In this document: in pieces, positions 28,301 to 41,480 of the stretch
Layout: each line of letters begins with the position of its first letter
Numbering within the stretch: the stretch's first letter is position 1
From: Hypanus sabinus
Lineage: Eukaryota
Assembly (NCBI RefSeq): GCF_030144855.1
Contig: NC_082707.1
Coordinates: forward strand, 55,800,001 to 55,864,000
Length of the DNA: 64,000 bases
Reading direction: 5' to 3'
Notes under the pieces: model-generated
The model's input: the letters and a program-made list of their open reading frames with translations, nothing else
Databases searched by the model: none
Told to the model about the DNA's origin: nothing
Program-made: the position numbers and the translations under genes

Positions 28301-29094
28301 ATTAACATTATGCTAAAAGAGAAATGTTTTGAACAAAAACAAAAGTTCAAATCCCAGCATCAATGAGGTGCTAGGACCTGGAGTAACAGGATCACATGCT
28401 GCTACTAGCTGTAAACCTCACGTCCCATCATAACTCTAACTGTATTTCTACCATTATGTTAAGAGACAAAACCTGTTCAACAAGAATGCAGAAGAATATG
28501 CCAGAATGAGGTATCAAGAGTTCCTAAAAAAATGATGGACCTAGCTGGTGAAACAGCCAATACATGGTCACAGGGGAAGCAATAAACACTCAAAGCTGAG
28601 CAATCCCACAAGAAACCAGTTCTCTGATCCTACCACTTCGAGTTCTGAACAGTTCTTACAGGAACATTGGCATGATACTAAGCTAGGGCACATCATCAGT
28701 GATGTTACTCGGGGTCGTCAGGTGTTTTGAGTCTTTCAACAACGTATATCCTCACCCAGGCGACCCGACCGGGGTTGATCAGACCCCGGCCTGTTCCCCA
28801 GCAGCAACCCACGGATCTGCCCTCTTTATCCTGAGCCATCTTGATGCTTTCTCTGCTACATATGTGGTGGTAGAAATGGCTCTCCTTCTTCTCCCTCCCA
28901 TGATTCCAAGTGCAGTGTATACTTTGCAGAGCGACTGGCCTGCAAAGCCACGACACCCGACCTCCACGGGCCAACACTTTGCTCTCCAGCATCTTCTTTG
29001 GCAGTTGTTCTTCAGATCTTCATACTTGGCTCTTTTCCGCTTGTAGGCCTCCTCCATGCGTTCTTCCCATGGCACGCTAAGCTCAAGGATAAGA

Positions 29095-29618
29095 ACGTGC
29101 GTGCTAAACATTCATTGATACAGTTTAAAGTTGTGCACAGGGCTCATATGTCCAAGGATAAATTGGCTCGTTTTTATTCCCATATAAATCCTTTATGTGA
29201 TAGATGTCATTCTGAGATAGCTTCTTTAACTCATATGTTTTGGTCATGTCTTCTTTTGAAAAAATATTGGAAAGACATTTTCGATATTACTTCTACGGTA
29301 TTGAACACTGATTTACAACCACATCCTATTACTGCAATCTTTGGCTTACCAATCCATTTACAATCTTCTGCTTGTCGGATGATTGCATTTCTTACATTAA
29401 TGGCTAGAAGTTCTATTTTGTTGAATTGGAAAGAAATTAATCCCCCTACCATATTTCATTGGTTTTCTCAAACTATATAATGTGTAAATTTGGAGAAAAT
29501 TAGAAGTGTTGTATATAAGCCTTCTATTAAATTAGAAAATATTTGGAGGCCATTTATTTAATATTTTCACATGATGTAATTTGAGCTTGTTCCAATCCAA
29601 TTTGCTTTTCCGGTTTTG
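29095..29618 (+). mobile_element. L1 ORF2 3' fragment nested antisense in the Hero element
   Basis: IQFKVVHRAH...CDRC...LTHMFWSC...ILLNWK...LEKIR, the C-terminal CCHC region of fish-type L1. Confidence 0.85.
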
Positions 29619-30041
29619 NNNNNNNNNNNNNNNNNNNNNNNNNNNNNNNNNNNNNNNNNNNNNNNNNNNNNNNNNNNNNNNNNNNNNNNNNNNNNNNNNN
29701 NNNNNNNNNNNNNNNNNNNNNNNNNNNNNNNNNNNNNNNNNNNNNNNNNNNNNNNNNNNNNNNNNNNNNNNNNNNNNNNNNNNNNNNNNNNNNNNNNNNN
29801 NNNNNNNNNNNNNNNNNNNNNNNNNNNNNNNNNNNNNNNNNNNNNNNNNNNNNNNNNNNNNNNNNNNNNNNNNNNNNNNNNNNNNNNNNNNNNNNNNNNN
29901 NNNNNNNNNNNNNNNNNNNNNNNNNNNNNNNNNNNNNNNNNNNNNNNNNNNNNNNNNNNNNNNNNNNNNNNNNNNNNNNNNNNNNNNNNNNNNNNNNNNN
30001 NNNNNNNNNNNNNNNNNNNNNNNNNNNNNNNNNNNNNNNNN
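29619..30041. other. Assembly gap (423 N)
   Basis: Run of N. Confidence 1.
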
Positions 30042-33000
30042 CTGTTGGTCTTTTCCTCTCTTTGACAAAGCACACACTATTCTTGACCGGACTTGTTTTC
30101 CGGCAGATGTTAAGGGTGCTGCAGATTGTCTCAGCTATTGTCCGGAGGACCTGGTCATGCCGCCACTGATAACGGCCATCAACAAGAGCTCTGGGGCAGC
30201 AGCTCAGAATATGCTCTAGCATAATGGTCTTCTCAGAGGGGGCAAGCTGGTCGTTCTGCAAGGCCCCAGCAGTGCAGGACTAGGAAGGACGCCATAAACA
30301 GCCTGGATAAGGAACTTGATGCGGTGTGGATCCACCTTCCAGAGATCGTTTCATGTGATCTTTCGTTCAATCACCTGCTCCCATTTGGTCCAGGCTCCTT
30401 GCTGTTTCATTGCCACTACTCTCCTGGTCCTCTCCTCCTCCACAGCTGCCCTTACTTCATTCTGGACCAGTTCTCATCACTCTTTCCCTTGTACTTTTCA
30501 AAATGGGGGACTTCAAGGCTTCCAAGTCCAACTCTTCTCTAGGCGACTGCCCCTACCAGCACTTTGAGGCGCAGTCGTGCCTCAGCTTCTTCCACTGCAG
30601 CCTCTGCTCTCCACTTTCTTCCAGTTCTCACTGCTATTCTTGCTCTGGCAACCTTTGGATCTGAAGATTCCCGGAACTGCAGCATCTCTCTTGCTTGCAA
30701 AACCTTGAACTCCTCCTCGCTGGATTTCAGGGGGAGCCTCAGTTTGCAGTTATTCCCATGCAGAGCGATGCTGCATGGTAAACCCAGTCAACTTCACAGG
30801 AACTGGCTGACTACTCGCTCTAATTCAGCAACAGTGGGAATTGGAAACTCACAGAGAAGCAGTGGCCAGAAGATTCTTGGTAGTATACCGTGCTGGTAAA
30901 TCCAGGCCTTAAACCGCCCTGGAAGGCCAGTCCTGTCAACCTCTTGCAACCGTTGTTTAAACTCCCCACAGGTGTTTCCTATTGCCGCCTTATCTCTGAG
31001 TGTTGCATCAAACATCTTCCCAAGACTTTTAACAGGGTCCTCTGTGATGGTAGGAATTGGAATGTCCTCAATAGAGAAACAAAATTTCTCCTGCACACTC
31101 TCCCCTTCTTCAGCACTACAGATCTTGATTTTACAGGCTTAAATGACATCCTTGCCCAACTCACCAACCTTTCCAGCCCCTTAAGAATCCACCTAGCACC
31201 AGGCACTGACTCCATAGTGATAGTCAGATCATCCATGAAGGCACGTATTGGTGGTTGGAGGATCCCAGATCTTGATTTCAGGCCTCGACACTCTGGCTCT
31301 GCAGATTTTACCAGCATGTTCATTGCCAGAGTGAAAAGGATGACTGAATAGGTGCAGCCTGTGATGATACCAATCTCCAGCCTGCACCAGTCTAATGTTA
31401 TTGGCCCTGTTGAGACTCTCAGGTGGAACTCGTTGTAGTAGTCCATAAGGAGGCCTCTGATTCCTTCAGGAACATGGTGCCTCTTCAGAGCGTCTTCAAC
31501 CTTATAGTTGGTCCTGATCCATAGGCATTCATCAAATCCAACCACAAAGTCACCCTTATTCTCTCTGGCCTCTCTCAGGAGCTGTGTGATGACTCCAGTG
31601 TGCTCCAAGCAACCTGGTACCCTTGGAACACCAACCATCTGGAAGGAGGTATCGATGTAATTGTTTCTCAGGAAGTACTCTGTTAGGCGCTTTGCCACCA
31701 TGCTGAAGAAGATCTTCCCTTCAATACTCAGCAGGGATATTATCCTAAACTGGCTGATGTTCTCAGTTCTCTTCCTTCAGAATCCACACTCTGTTTGCAT
31801 TCCTCTATTATTTGGGCACTTTGCCTCTCTTCCCGATCATTGTGAGGAGCCTCTCTTCCCGATCATTGTGAGGATCCTCCACAGCCGCCGGAGAAGCTGG
31901 GGCAGTGTTTGTAAATGTAGGTGGTGCCACTCGGACCAGGTGCTGAGCCAGCACTGACTTTCCTGACTACTTGCTGAACCTCCTAGAAGAGAGGCTCTTG
32001 AAGGTCAAAAGCCTCTGTTGGTTCTGCGTGTGTGATGAGGGCAGTTCAGCTTCTCTGTCCGGGTTACTGAACGTACTTTGAAGATGATGGTCCATCTGTT
32101 CCTTTGTGCAGAACAGTTTCCCGCTTCTCTTCTGACCCAGCAGCTGTTTGGTGAGCTGAAAAGGGTTACTGATAAATGCATATTTTTTCTGTGCTCTTTC
32201 TCTCTGGCGCCTCCGACGTTGCTGTGCTCTTCTCAGAGTTATGAGCCTTTTCCTCAGCATCACACGCAGTTCTTCCAGTGGTGCCGTCCTCATGGTTTGC
32301 CAATTTACGTTGTTGCTTGAGCGCCTTGTGTTCTTTCCAGATGTTGCGGATTTTGGTGGCTCTGTTGTTTTCAACATATGGTTGTTTGGCCCACTTCTCT
32401 TCCTCGGTACAAATCTTTCTGCTGCCACAGTTAGGATCACTGTTGTCATCTGCAGTCTCCTCTCCACACCACTTTTGGCCACTGTTTCCAACACTAATTA
32501 ATACAAGGACATGACCCCAGAAATATCGGCTCCTTTAGTCATGACAGAACTCAAAATGCTAGTCCAGTAGACAATCTTCTTTTGGCAAAAGCCCACTTTA
32601 GAGTTCCCACCATCAAAGGCCAATATTCAGTCATTTTGACTCCCTCTATCAGATATCTATAAATGTCGGAGCATACTTTTCATAGTTTCTGCTTTATCTG
32701 ACTATTTCCAACTTTTTTTGTTTTCTTTAAACCTCCTCCGATGCTTTTTGTGCCTGACAGGACAACACAACTCTTGATTTTGTTCCAATTTTGGTCAAAA
32801 CATTTACCCAACAAACAAATTAGTTTGTACATCATGGCAGCACTATGTTATAACAAAATGCACCATTAAAATTGAAGTCATCAGGATTAATCAGCAAACA
32901 GAAAAAAAACAATTTGCACCAAGGAAGCATTTAGTCTCAGAGTGGAATATGGAGATTGGGAGAAAGTCATCAATTTAACTGGAGCAACTACAAAGTTCTG

Positions 33001-33665
33001 CAAGCAGCCAGCTGAGTATATCTGGCAAGTTACTCAATTTGATATCCCAAAGTCTTTCCATCATCCACAAGACAATCACCAATTGCTAAATTAATAGCAG
33101 CTCTAAAAGCATTCAAAGAACTCTACAAGTTGCTTTATTAGCACATTATCCTGAGCATTAAATATTAACTTTATTACCAAATAATTGTGGCCACAATGCA
33201 TACCATCAAGATACACTGACAAATCTTCAGTTTTCCCTCCTCCACCCACGTCCCCAACAGAACCTCTGAATACACAGCTAGAGACTGAAAGCAGCTACCA
33301 GATACATTGCCACACTTCATATATTTTATTAACCTGATTTGAAAATATGTTACTTTTCCTTAGATGTCACTGGGTCAATATTCCGAAATTTGTGGCTAAA
33401 TAGAACTTTAGAGCACCTACTGAACTTGTATAATTGTAGTTTCAGCAGCAACTCAGTTATATCAGATAAACAAGGTGCTTCATGAGACCGTCATACAAGT
33501 CCTAAGGTAACTTCCAACACTAATATATTAAGCTTCTTTTCGATTAGGAATCGATTTTACATCCCTGGGGGAGGGGGAAAGAAATTAATGTCACAATCTA
33601 GAATTTCATTCCCCTTTCACAAACCAAAAGTCACAAACACACAGCGGTATAAAACTTTGTGATTA

Positions 33666-35268
33666 CAGTGCCTATGAAAAATATTCCTCCCCCACCCAGA
33701 TAATTTCATGTTTGTTTCACAACATTGAATCACAGTGGATTTAGTTTGGCTTTTTTGACACTGATCATCAGAAAAAGACTTGCATTAAAGTGAAAACAAA
33801 TTTTCAACAAATTCGTCTAAATTTATTACAATTACTAAACACAAAATAATTGATTACATAATTACTCACCCCCTTCAAGTCAGTATTTAGTAAATACACC
33901 TTTGGCAGTAATTTAGCCTTGAGTCTGTGTGGATAGGTCTCCATCAGCTTTGCACATCTGGACACTGCAATTTTTCCCCATTCTTCTTTACAAAACAGCT
34001 CAAGTTCTGTCAGATGCATAGGATCATGAGTGACCAGCCCTATTCATCCAGCCACAAATTCACAAGTCCTGACTTTGACTTGGCCACACCAGGACATTAA
34101 CTTTGCTGTTTTTAAGCTATTGCTGTGTAGCTTTGTCTTTATGCTTGGAGTCATTCATTGTCTTGCTGAAAAACAAATCTTTTTCTAAGTTGCAGTTCTC
34201 TTGCAGACTGCACCAGGCTTTCCTTCACGATTTCCCTGTATTTTGCTGCATTCATTTTACCCTCTACTTTCACAAGTCTTTTCGGGCCTGCTGCAGTGAA
34301 GCATGCCCATGGCATGGTGCAACCACCACCATGGTCCATGTTTTTTATGTTTTGTGGTGTTTGGCTTATATCATAGTGCTTAGTCTGTTGGCCAAAGAAT
34401 TAAATTTTGGTTTCATCAGACCATAGAACCTTCTTCTTCCAGCTGACTTCACAGACTCCCATGTGCCTTCTGGTAAACTTGAGCTGAGATTTCACGTGAA
34501 TTTTTTTTCCAGCAGTGGCTTTCTCTTTGCCACTCTCCCAAAAAGCTGCGGCTGGTGAAGCACAAGGCAATAGTTGTATGCACAGCCTCTCCCATCTCAG
34601 CCACTGAAACTTGCAACTCCTTCAGAATTGTCACAGGTCTCTTGGTGGCCTCCCTCACTAGTCCCCTTCCTGCTTGGTCAGTCAGTTGAGGATAGCCTGC
34701 TCTTGGCAGATTTACAGCTCTGCCCTATTCTTACCATTTCTTAATGATTGACTTAACTGTACTACACGGGATATTCAGTAACTTGAAAATGTTCTTGTAC
34801 CATCTCCTGACTTGTGCTTTTCAATAACCTTTTCTTGCGGAGTTGCTTGAGTGTTCTTTTGTCTTCACAGTGTAGTTTTTGCCAGGATATTGACTCTCCA
34901 ACAGTTGGACCTTCCAGATACAGGTGTATTTTTTTTTAAACTACAAGCAATTGAAACACCTTGACTGTTCACTGGTGATCTCCATTTAACTAATTATGTG
35001 ACTTCTAAAATCAATCGGTTGCACCAGTTATGATTTGGTGTGTCATATTAAAGGCGGAAGGGTGAATACTTATGCAATCAATTATTTTGTGTTTTATATT
35101 TGTTATTAATTTAGAAATCTATTTGTAGAAATCTATTTTCACTTTGACACAAATCGTTTTCTGTTGATCACTGTTCAAAAAGCCAAATTAAATCCACTGT
35201 GATTCAATGTTGTAAAACAATAAAACATGAAAACTTTCAATGGGGGTGAATACTTTTTATAGGTATCA
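33666..35268 (-). mobile_element. Tc1-like DNA transposon, near full length, degenerate
   Basis: TA|CAGTG start, roughly 210-bp TIRs with internal direct repeats, transposase remnants (MNAAKYREI, FVFQQDN, LTELELFCKEEWGKI). Confidence 0.9.
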
Positions 35269-35469
35269 TAGCCCTGTTAACATGATGTTTGTATTCAACT
35301 TGATTTTTGTCCCACCATAATTTATTTAATATTAAAACTGGTAGAAAGGAAAGCCAAAAGCAAATCAGAAACAATCAATATAAAGAAATATAACTATGAT
35401 ATTAATTGATCTTAAAATGTAGCGTTGCTTCCAAGTTACTTTCGAAATATTTAAGTTAAATTATCTTAC

Positions 35470-35663
35470 TTTTGATGTTAGCATAAGGATGCAGAACTTT
35501 AAGATAGCGGGCATCCTTATTATACAAATGAGAGACTTGTATGTTTCCTTGATTCCTTGCTGAGCAACCTGATGCATTGCCGTTTGTCCACTGTTTTCCT
35601 TTTTAAGAACCATAACCAACGTTGTTGACACCAGGAAAACTATCCCCCAGAAAAACAGAAAAT
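35470..35663 (-). CDS. SLC33A1: SLC33A1 coding exon 2 (DFLFFWGIVFLVSTTLV...LMLTSK)
   Basis: AG/GT bounded, 194 nt, restores phase 0; homologous to human DFLFFWGTVFLITTTLV. Confidence 0.96.
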
Positions 35664-37559
35664 CTAAAAATAGAAATTTAAAAACATGGAAGTGAAAAAT
35701 CTAACTTTTTCATTGTAGATATTTGTAATGCCATAAAATCTTGACAATCTACTAAATCTCAGCAAAAGGTCATGTAGCATTTCTTGTAAAGAAAGAATGA
35801 GCTTGTCCACCCAAACCCCTTATCAATTATGGTCAATATGCCTTTGCCTTGTCAATCACTCACTGCATCTGTATGCTTTCTTTGTGATTCATGTGAAAGA
35901 CCTAATCAATTTCCCACATTCAAGTTAAAACTGTATATTTAGATAATAGTCATGCCTCAATTCTTCCTATGGAAGTGCATGACCTTTCTACATTAAACAG
36001 CAGTTAAGTTCTTACACCACACTCAATCTATGTGTCCTATTGCAGAGTGCAGATATCCTCATCATAACAAGTCTCTTAACTATTTTCATGATATCAACAA
36101 ACTTTATGTTCTGCCAGTCAATGTCACGAAGATAGACAGTAAACAATTGGGGACCAAGAAATAATCTATGTGGCATTCCACCAGATACATCTTTCTAATT
36201 TGAGAGAAGATCTATTTATACCAACTGTCTCCTATGTGGTAGATAATCAAACCATATTCACACACAGACATATACTTCACACAACCATATTGTGAACCCT
36301 TTTCTGTGCTGCAAACTGTCACCATTCTGTTTCAAGCTCAAATTCAGGATGAAAGTTAAAGCAGGGAGTGCATTGTGACAAAGTAAAATTATGCCATTTT
36401 TAAAGTAGACCTCATATATTTTGTTGCATTACACTGAATATCTGCAGACCAAATTCACAAATAGAGAAATACAAGGAAGTTATTTGGTTTCGCAAGGCTG
36501 TTCTGTCCTTCAAAATGACAGTGGATGACTTTCAGCTTACATCTATGTTATCATATCCCGTATGCCTCAACGGGTTACCAAAAATCTCGTGCAATAAATA
36601 TTAGAACCTAGCAGAGATTTCAATTGAAACTTCACATTACTAGTCACTGGTTTTACCAAAAAAATGTATATGGTTTAAAATTAACAAATGAAGAGTAATC
36701 ATTACTGTTTACAAATGAGTATCCTGAGTTTTTAAACCAATTATTAATACATATTACAATTTCTAATTTCAACCTGAAAGTCTCGATTCGTAGATTCTCC
36801 AAAAGCAGAATTAGCTTCTTTCAACAGAAATTGTCAACTCTGTTTAATGCCTCAAAATATTCAATTCAGTTATCCCTTAATTTTCTAAATATCTGGGAAT
36901 GTAACTACCGTTTGCCTAATCACTCTAAATAGAAATCTATTGGGTCCATTCTAATAAATTCACTCTGCATGCCATCTAAAAACAATAACATTCCTCAAAT
37001 TGCTTAAAATATAGTGCCAATTTTTTTTGGAACTTTGCATGACATTTTAATTATCTATATTTCTGGATCCAAGATACCTTGAACATTGCCACTTCTAGCT
37101 CTAGGATATTTACAAAGATTTTTGTCTTGGGATCCAAGCAATTTGTCCAAATTTCCTATATCAAACTCTATTTCACAAAATTTTGATTAATTGCATTATT
37201 TGTTAAATTCAGAAATAGAAAATGCTGGAAAAATTCAGCAGGTTAGAATCAGAATCAGATTTATTATCACCAGCCTGTGTTGTGAAATTTGTTAACAGGA
37301 TCAATGCAGAGAAAATGTTTTTCCTTGCCATAGATGCTCCCTGATCTTCTATTTTATTTCGGTTTGCAAGCACCTTCAGCATTTCAGATTATTTTCTTCA
37401 AATTTATTTGTTCACAGAACCTGGGTATTATTCATAGTTTTAACTTCTCCTTGAACTGAGCAACTTGTGAGCAGTTAAAGTCAATTATGTTATTGAGTCT
37501 AATTATCATGAATGAGCCAATATGGGAAGATTTGTCACACAAATCATATACACAAGAGA

Positions 37560-38900
37560 TTTTGTGATGCTGGAAATTCAGAGTAACACATACATTGGGG
37601 TAACCTCCCACCCGAAGGCATGAACATTGATTTCTGTAACTTTCCCCTACTCTTCTTCCATTCCCCATTCTGGATTCCCTCTTACCTCACCTCATCACCT
37701 ACCTATCACCTCCCTCTGGTGCCCCTCCTCTTCCCCAATCCCCATGGTCCACTCTGCTCTCCTATTAGACTTTGCCTTCCTCAGCCCTTGACCTTTTCCA
37801 CCTATCACCGTCCAGCTTCTCACTTTATCCCCCCCCCCCCCCACACCTGGTTTGACCTACCACTCTCTTGCCTGTACTCTGTCCCCTCCCCCAATCTTTG
37901 TACCCTGGCTTTTTCCTCCATCCTTTCCAATCCTGAAGAAGGGTCTCGGCCCGAAATATCAAGAGTTTATTCCTTTCCATAGATGCCGCCAGATCTGCTG
38001 AGCTCCCCCAGCCATTTGTATGTGTTACACTAAGTTTGTTGGATATCCTTTCCCAAGGACATTAGTGAGGCAGACAGACATTTACTGTAATTCAGTGGGC
38101 TGCAGAAGCCATTATTGATCCAACATGAGAAAATCTGCGGATGCTGGAAATCCAAAGCAACACACACAAAACCCGGAGGAACTCAACAGGCCAGGCAGCA
38201 TCTATGGAGAAGAGTAAACAGTCGATACTTTGGGACTAGAAAGGAAGAGAAGTCAGAGTAAGACGAGGGGGTAAGGGAGGGAGTAAAATAAGGTGATAGG
38301 AGAAATTGGGAGAGGGGGAGGGGTGAAGTAAAGAGCTGGGAAGAGATAAGGGAAGAAGGAAGAATCTGATAGGAGAGAACGGTAGACCATGGAAGAAAGA
38401 AGGGGGAGGACACCAGAGGGAGATGATAAGCAGGTAAGGAGATAAGGTGAAAGGGAGAAACAGGAATGGGGAATGGTGAAGGAGAGGAGTGGGAAGTGGC
38501 AATTACCAGAAGTTCGAGAAATGGGCATTCATGCCATCAGGTTGGAGGCTACCCAGACAGAATACAAGGTGTTATTCCTCCAACCTGAGCGCTGCCTCAA
38601 CCCAGCAGTAGAGGCAGCCATGGACTCACATGTCGGATTGGGAATGGGAAGTAGAATTGAAATGGGTGGCCACCTTATCTCTTTACTTGCCCATCAACTC
38701 CCTCTGGTGCTTCTCCACATTCCCTTTCTTCTATGGTCTTCTGTCCTCCCCCACCAGGTTTCCCATTCTCTTTCACCAATCAACTTTCCAGCTCCTTACT
38801 TCAACCCCCACCTCCCAGTTTCACCTATCGCCCACCACCTAGTCCTTCTTCCTCCCCTCTCCTCACCTTCTCACTCTGACTTCTCCTCCTCTTTTAGGTT
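37560..38900. mobile_element. Three Penelope terminal fragments in alternating orientation (+ 37600-38030, - 38130-38670, + 38670-38895)
   Basis: Shared terminus GATGCTGCC...CTGCTGAG...CCAGCA and GIY-YIG tail. Confidence 0.85.
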
Positions 38901-39097
38901 CCCAGCTAAATTCCAGTAACGATCTGGGGTATCAGGCCTATGAATAGTAAAAAGCATTCACTTTCATCACTTAAGTTGAGGTTGTACGTAGACAGAGAAG
39001 GAAAAAGTTCACTGTTCTCTCATACCATTAAGGTACCATGTGCTTCTCTGGTTTCCCTATTGTTTGTCTTTCATGGTTTAGTCAATTCCTTCATTGG

Positions 39098-40245
39098 AAC
39101 ATAAGAAATAGGGGAGGGAGCAGAGGCTATCTGGCCCGTCAAGCCTGCTCTCCCATTCGATAAGGTCACAGCTGATCTGGCAGTGGACTCCACTGCACTT
39201 ATCTGCCTTTCCCCCATAACACTACATTCCCCTGTTATATAAAAATATACCTAACTGTATCTTAAATTGTATTTAATTAGACAGTCTCAACTGCTTCCCT
39301 GGGCAGTGTATTCCACAGATCCACGACTCCCTGGGAAAAGCAGTTTCTCCTAATCTCTGTAAATCTATTCCCTCAAATTTTGAGCTATGTCCCCTAGTTT
39401 TAGTCTCATTTATCATTGGAAACAAATTTTCTACCCCCATTTTAACTATTTCTTCCATTGTATTATGTTTCGACAAGATCCTCTTTCATTCTTCTAAATT
39501 CTAGTGAGTATAGTCCCAGGCAACTCAATGTCTCCTCATAGGTTAACACCCATTTCCAGAATCAACCTTGTGAACCTCCTCTGCACTGCCTTCAAAGCCA
39601 GTATGTCTTTCCTCAAAGAAGGAGACTAGAACTTCATGCAGTACTCTAGGTGCGGCCTCAATCATATCTAGTACAGTTGCAGTACATCATCCTTGCTCTT
39701 AAATTCAATCTCTCTAGAAATGAAGGCAAACATTCCATTTGCTGCCTTGATAACCTGGTGCACCTGCAAGCTAACCTTTTGCAATTCATGCACATTCCCA
39801 AGTCCCTCTGCACAACAGCAGGCTGCAATGTTCAAAGTTCAAAATAAACTTTTTACTATTTAAGCAATCAGATCTTCTATTTTTCCTTCCAACATTGTAC
39901 CGCCGTCAGATCCTGACCCACTCACTGAACCTATCTATATCTCTTCGCAAACTCTCCCCGTCCTCTGCACAATTTGTTTTCCCACTCAATTTATTGTCAT
40001 CAGCAAACTTTGATGTACAATACTTAGTCTTCTCTTCCAAATCTTTAATGTGTATTGTGAACAGTCATGGGTGCAACACCAATTCGTGCAGCACTCCACT
40101 CACAATTGCCTGCCAATCAGAGAAACACCAATTTATACCAACACTCAGCTTTCTACTGGTTATTCAATCCTCTGTCCATGCTATTACACCAACTTCATGC
40201 ATTCTTATGGATAAATCTTCCATGTGGCTCCTTATCAAACACCTA
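39098..40245 (-). mobile_element. CR1 LINE fragment
   Basis: AACATAAGAAATAGG tail; KFADD-like region near 40000. Confidence 0.85.
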
Positions 40246-41480
40246 AATTAAGTAAATAATTTGATTTAATTTCCACAATATTTAACCTTAGTTATTAGAC
40301 TTTTATGATAACCTTCATTAAATGCCTTCCAGAAATCCTGATGTGTTTTCTTGTTCACTAGTTATCTTTTCAAAACATTCTATCAGATATGTCAGGCATG
40401 ACTTGTTCTTAGAAATCAAGTTAAGATCATGATAACATTACTTGTCACTGATATTATGTTTACAAAATTATTAAAACTTGTATAATACTACTAGAACAAT
40501 TGTTGTTAACCTACTGAATATGTAATAGTAAATTAAGTTATTAATATAGTGAATCACAAATGGACAAACCCAGTGATTAAAGATGTGATTTTAATCAGAA
40601 TCGGGGAAATGAAGCTAAGCCAGATAAGGGTGGGGTGGACTTAACTCAATTTGAATAACTTGTACTGAAAATTACATGGTTGCATGAAAAGTGGAAAACC
40701 ACAAATGATTTCACTCATACTCAGTGGAGGGTCGAGCATACAGTTGGTCCTGGCCCTAGAGTTGAGATGAGAGCTGAGAAGGGGAGCTCCATTGGTTTGG
40801 CTATTCAAGGAGCACAGCTCGAAATTTAGTGAAGCTAAAGGTGGTGAAAAGGTTTCTTCCATCAAATGAAAAACTAATATTAGTAAAGCAGGAAATTACC
40901 TGTTTCCCTTCTTTCAAACTACAACATTTCAGCAAACCAACAACCTATCATTTCTTAAAATGCTGGAGGAACTCAGCAGGCCAGGCAGCATTTAGATCTT
41001 GGCCTGTAAAGTTGACTGTACTCTTTTCCATAGATCCTGCCTGACCTCCTGAGTTCCTCCAGCATTTTGTGTGTGTTGCTTGGATTTCCAGCATCTACAG
41101 ATTTTCTCGTTTGTGATCCTTTCATTTCTGTCGTAATTCTGTAATAACTGCTGCCACCTAATGTTATGCATTCAAACTGCATTCAGATTTTGTCAATGAA
41201 CATGGCAGGTCTTTCAATGTCATAGAAAGACAGACCAACAATAATGTCACTGACAAGAATGAAAGATAATGCAGTAAATACTTCTGTAAAACAAATTTTG
41301 TTGAAGGCAATGATGACTTAAGTGTTTTGTGGCATTTTGAATCATAACATTGCAATAATACTTTTAGTCTAAATGCCTCCAAAAGGTAAATATAACTGAT
41401 AAAAGATCAATGTTACGACATTGATAATTTCATAAAATTCATAAAAGATAAAATTGAACAACAAATATTCAGCATTTTAC

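Larger units (their letters stand above)
28670..32495 (-). mobile_element. Hero-type (R2 superfamily, restriction-like endonuclease) non-LTR element; 5'-truncated, degenerate, interrupted
   Basis: RT GIITGC...AFMDD, zinc-knuckle remnant LEHILSCC...WRHDQVL, RLE ILELSVPWEERMEEAYKRKRAKY...PVEVGCRGF...AEKASRWL; 26-bp tandem duplication at 31823-31874. Confidence 0.88.

Noticed and set aside
28692-28730. CTGATGA in the Hero 3'UTR as a hammerhead
   Set aside because: No stem II closed by GAAA in the required arrangement.
29532-30261. Long ORFs containing X runs
   Set aside because: Artefacts of translating the N gap.
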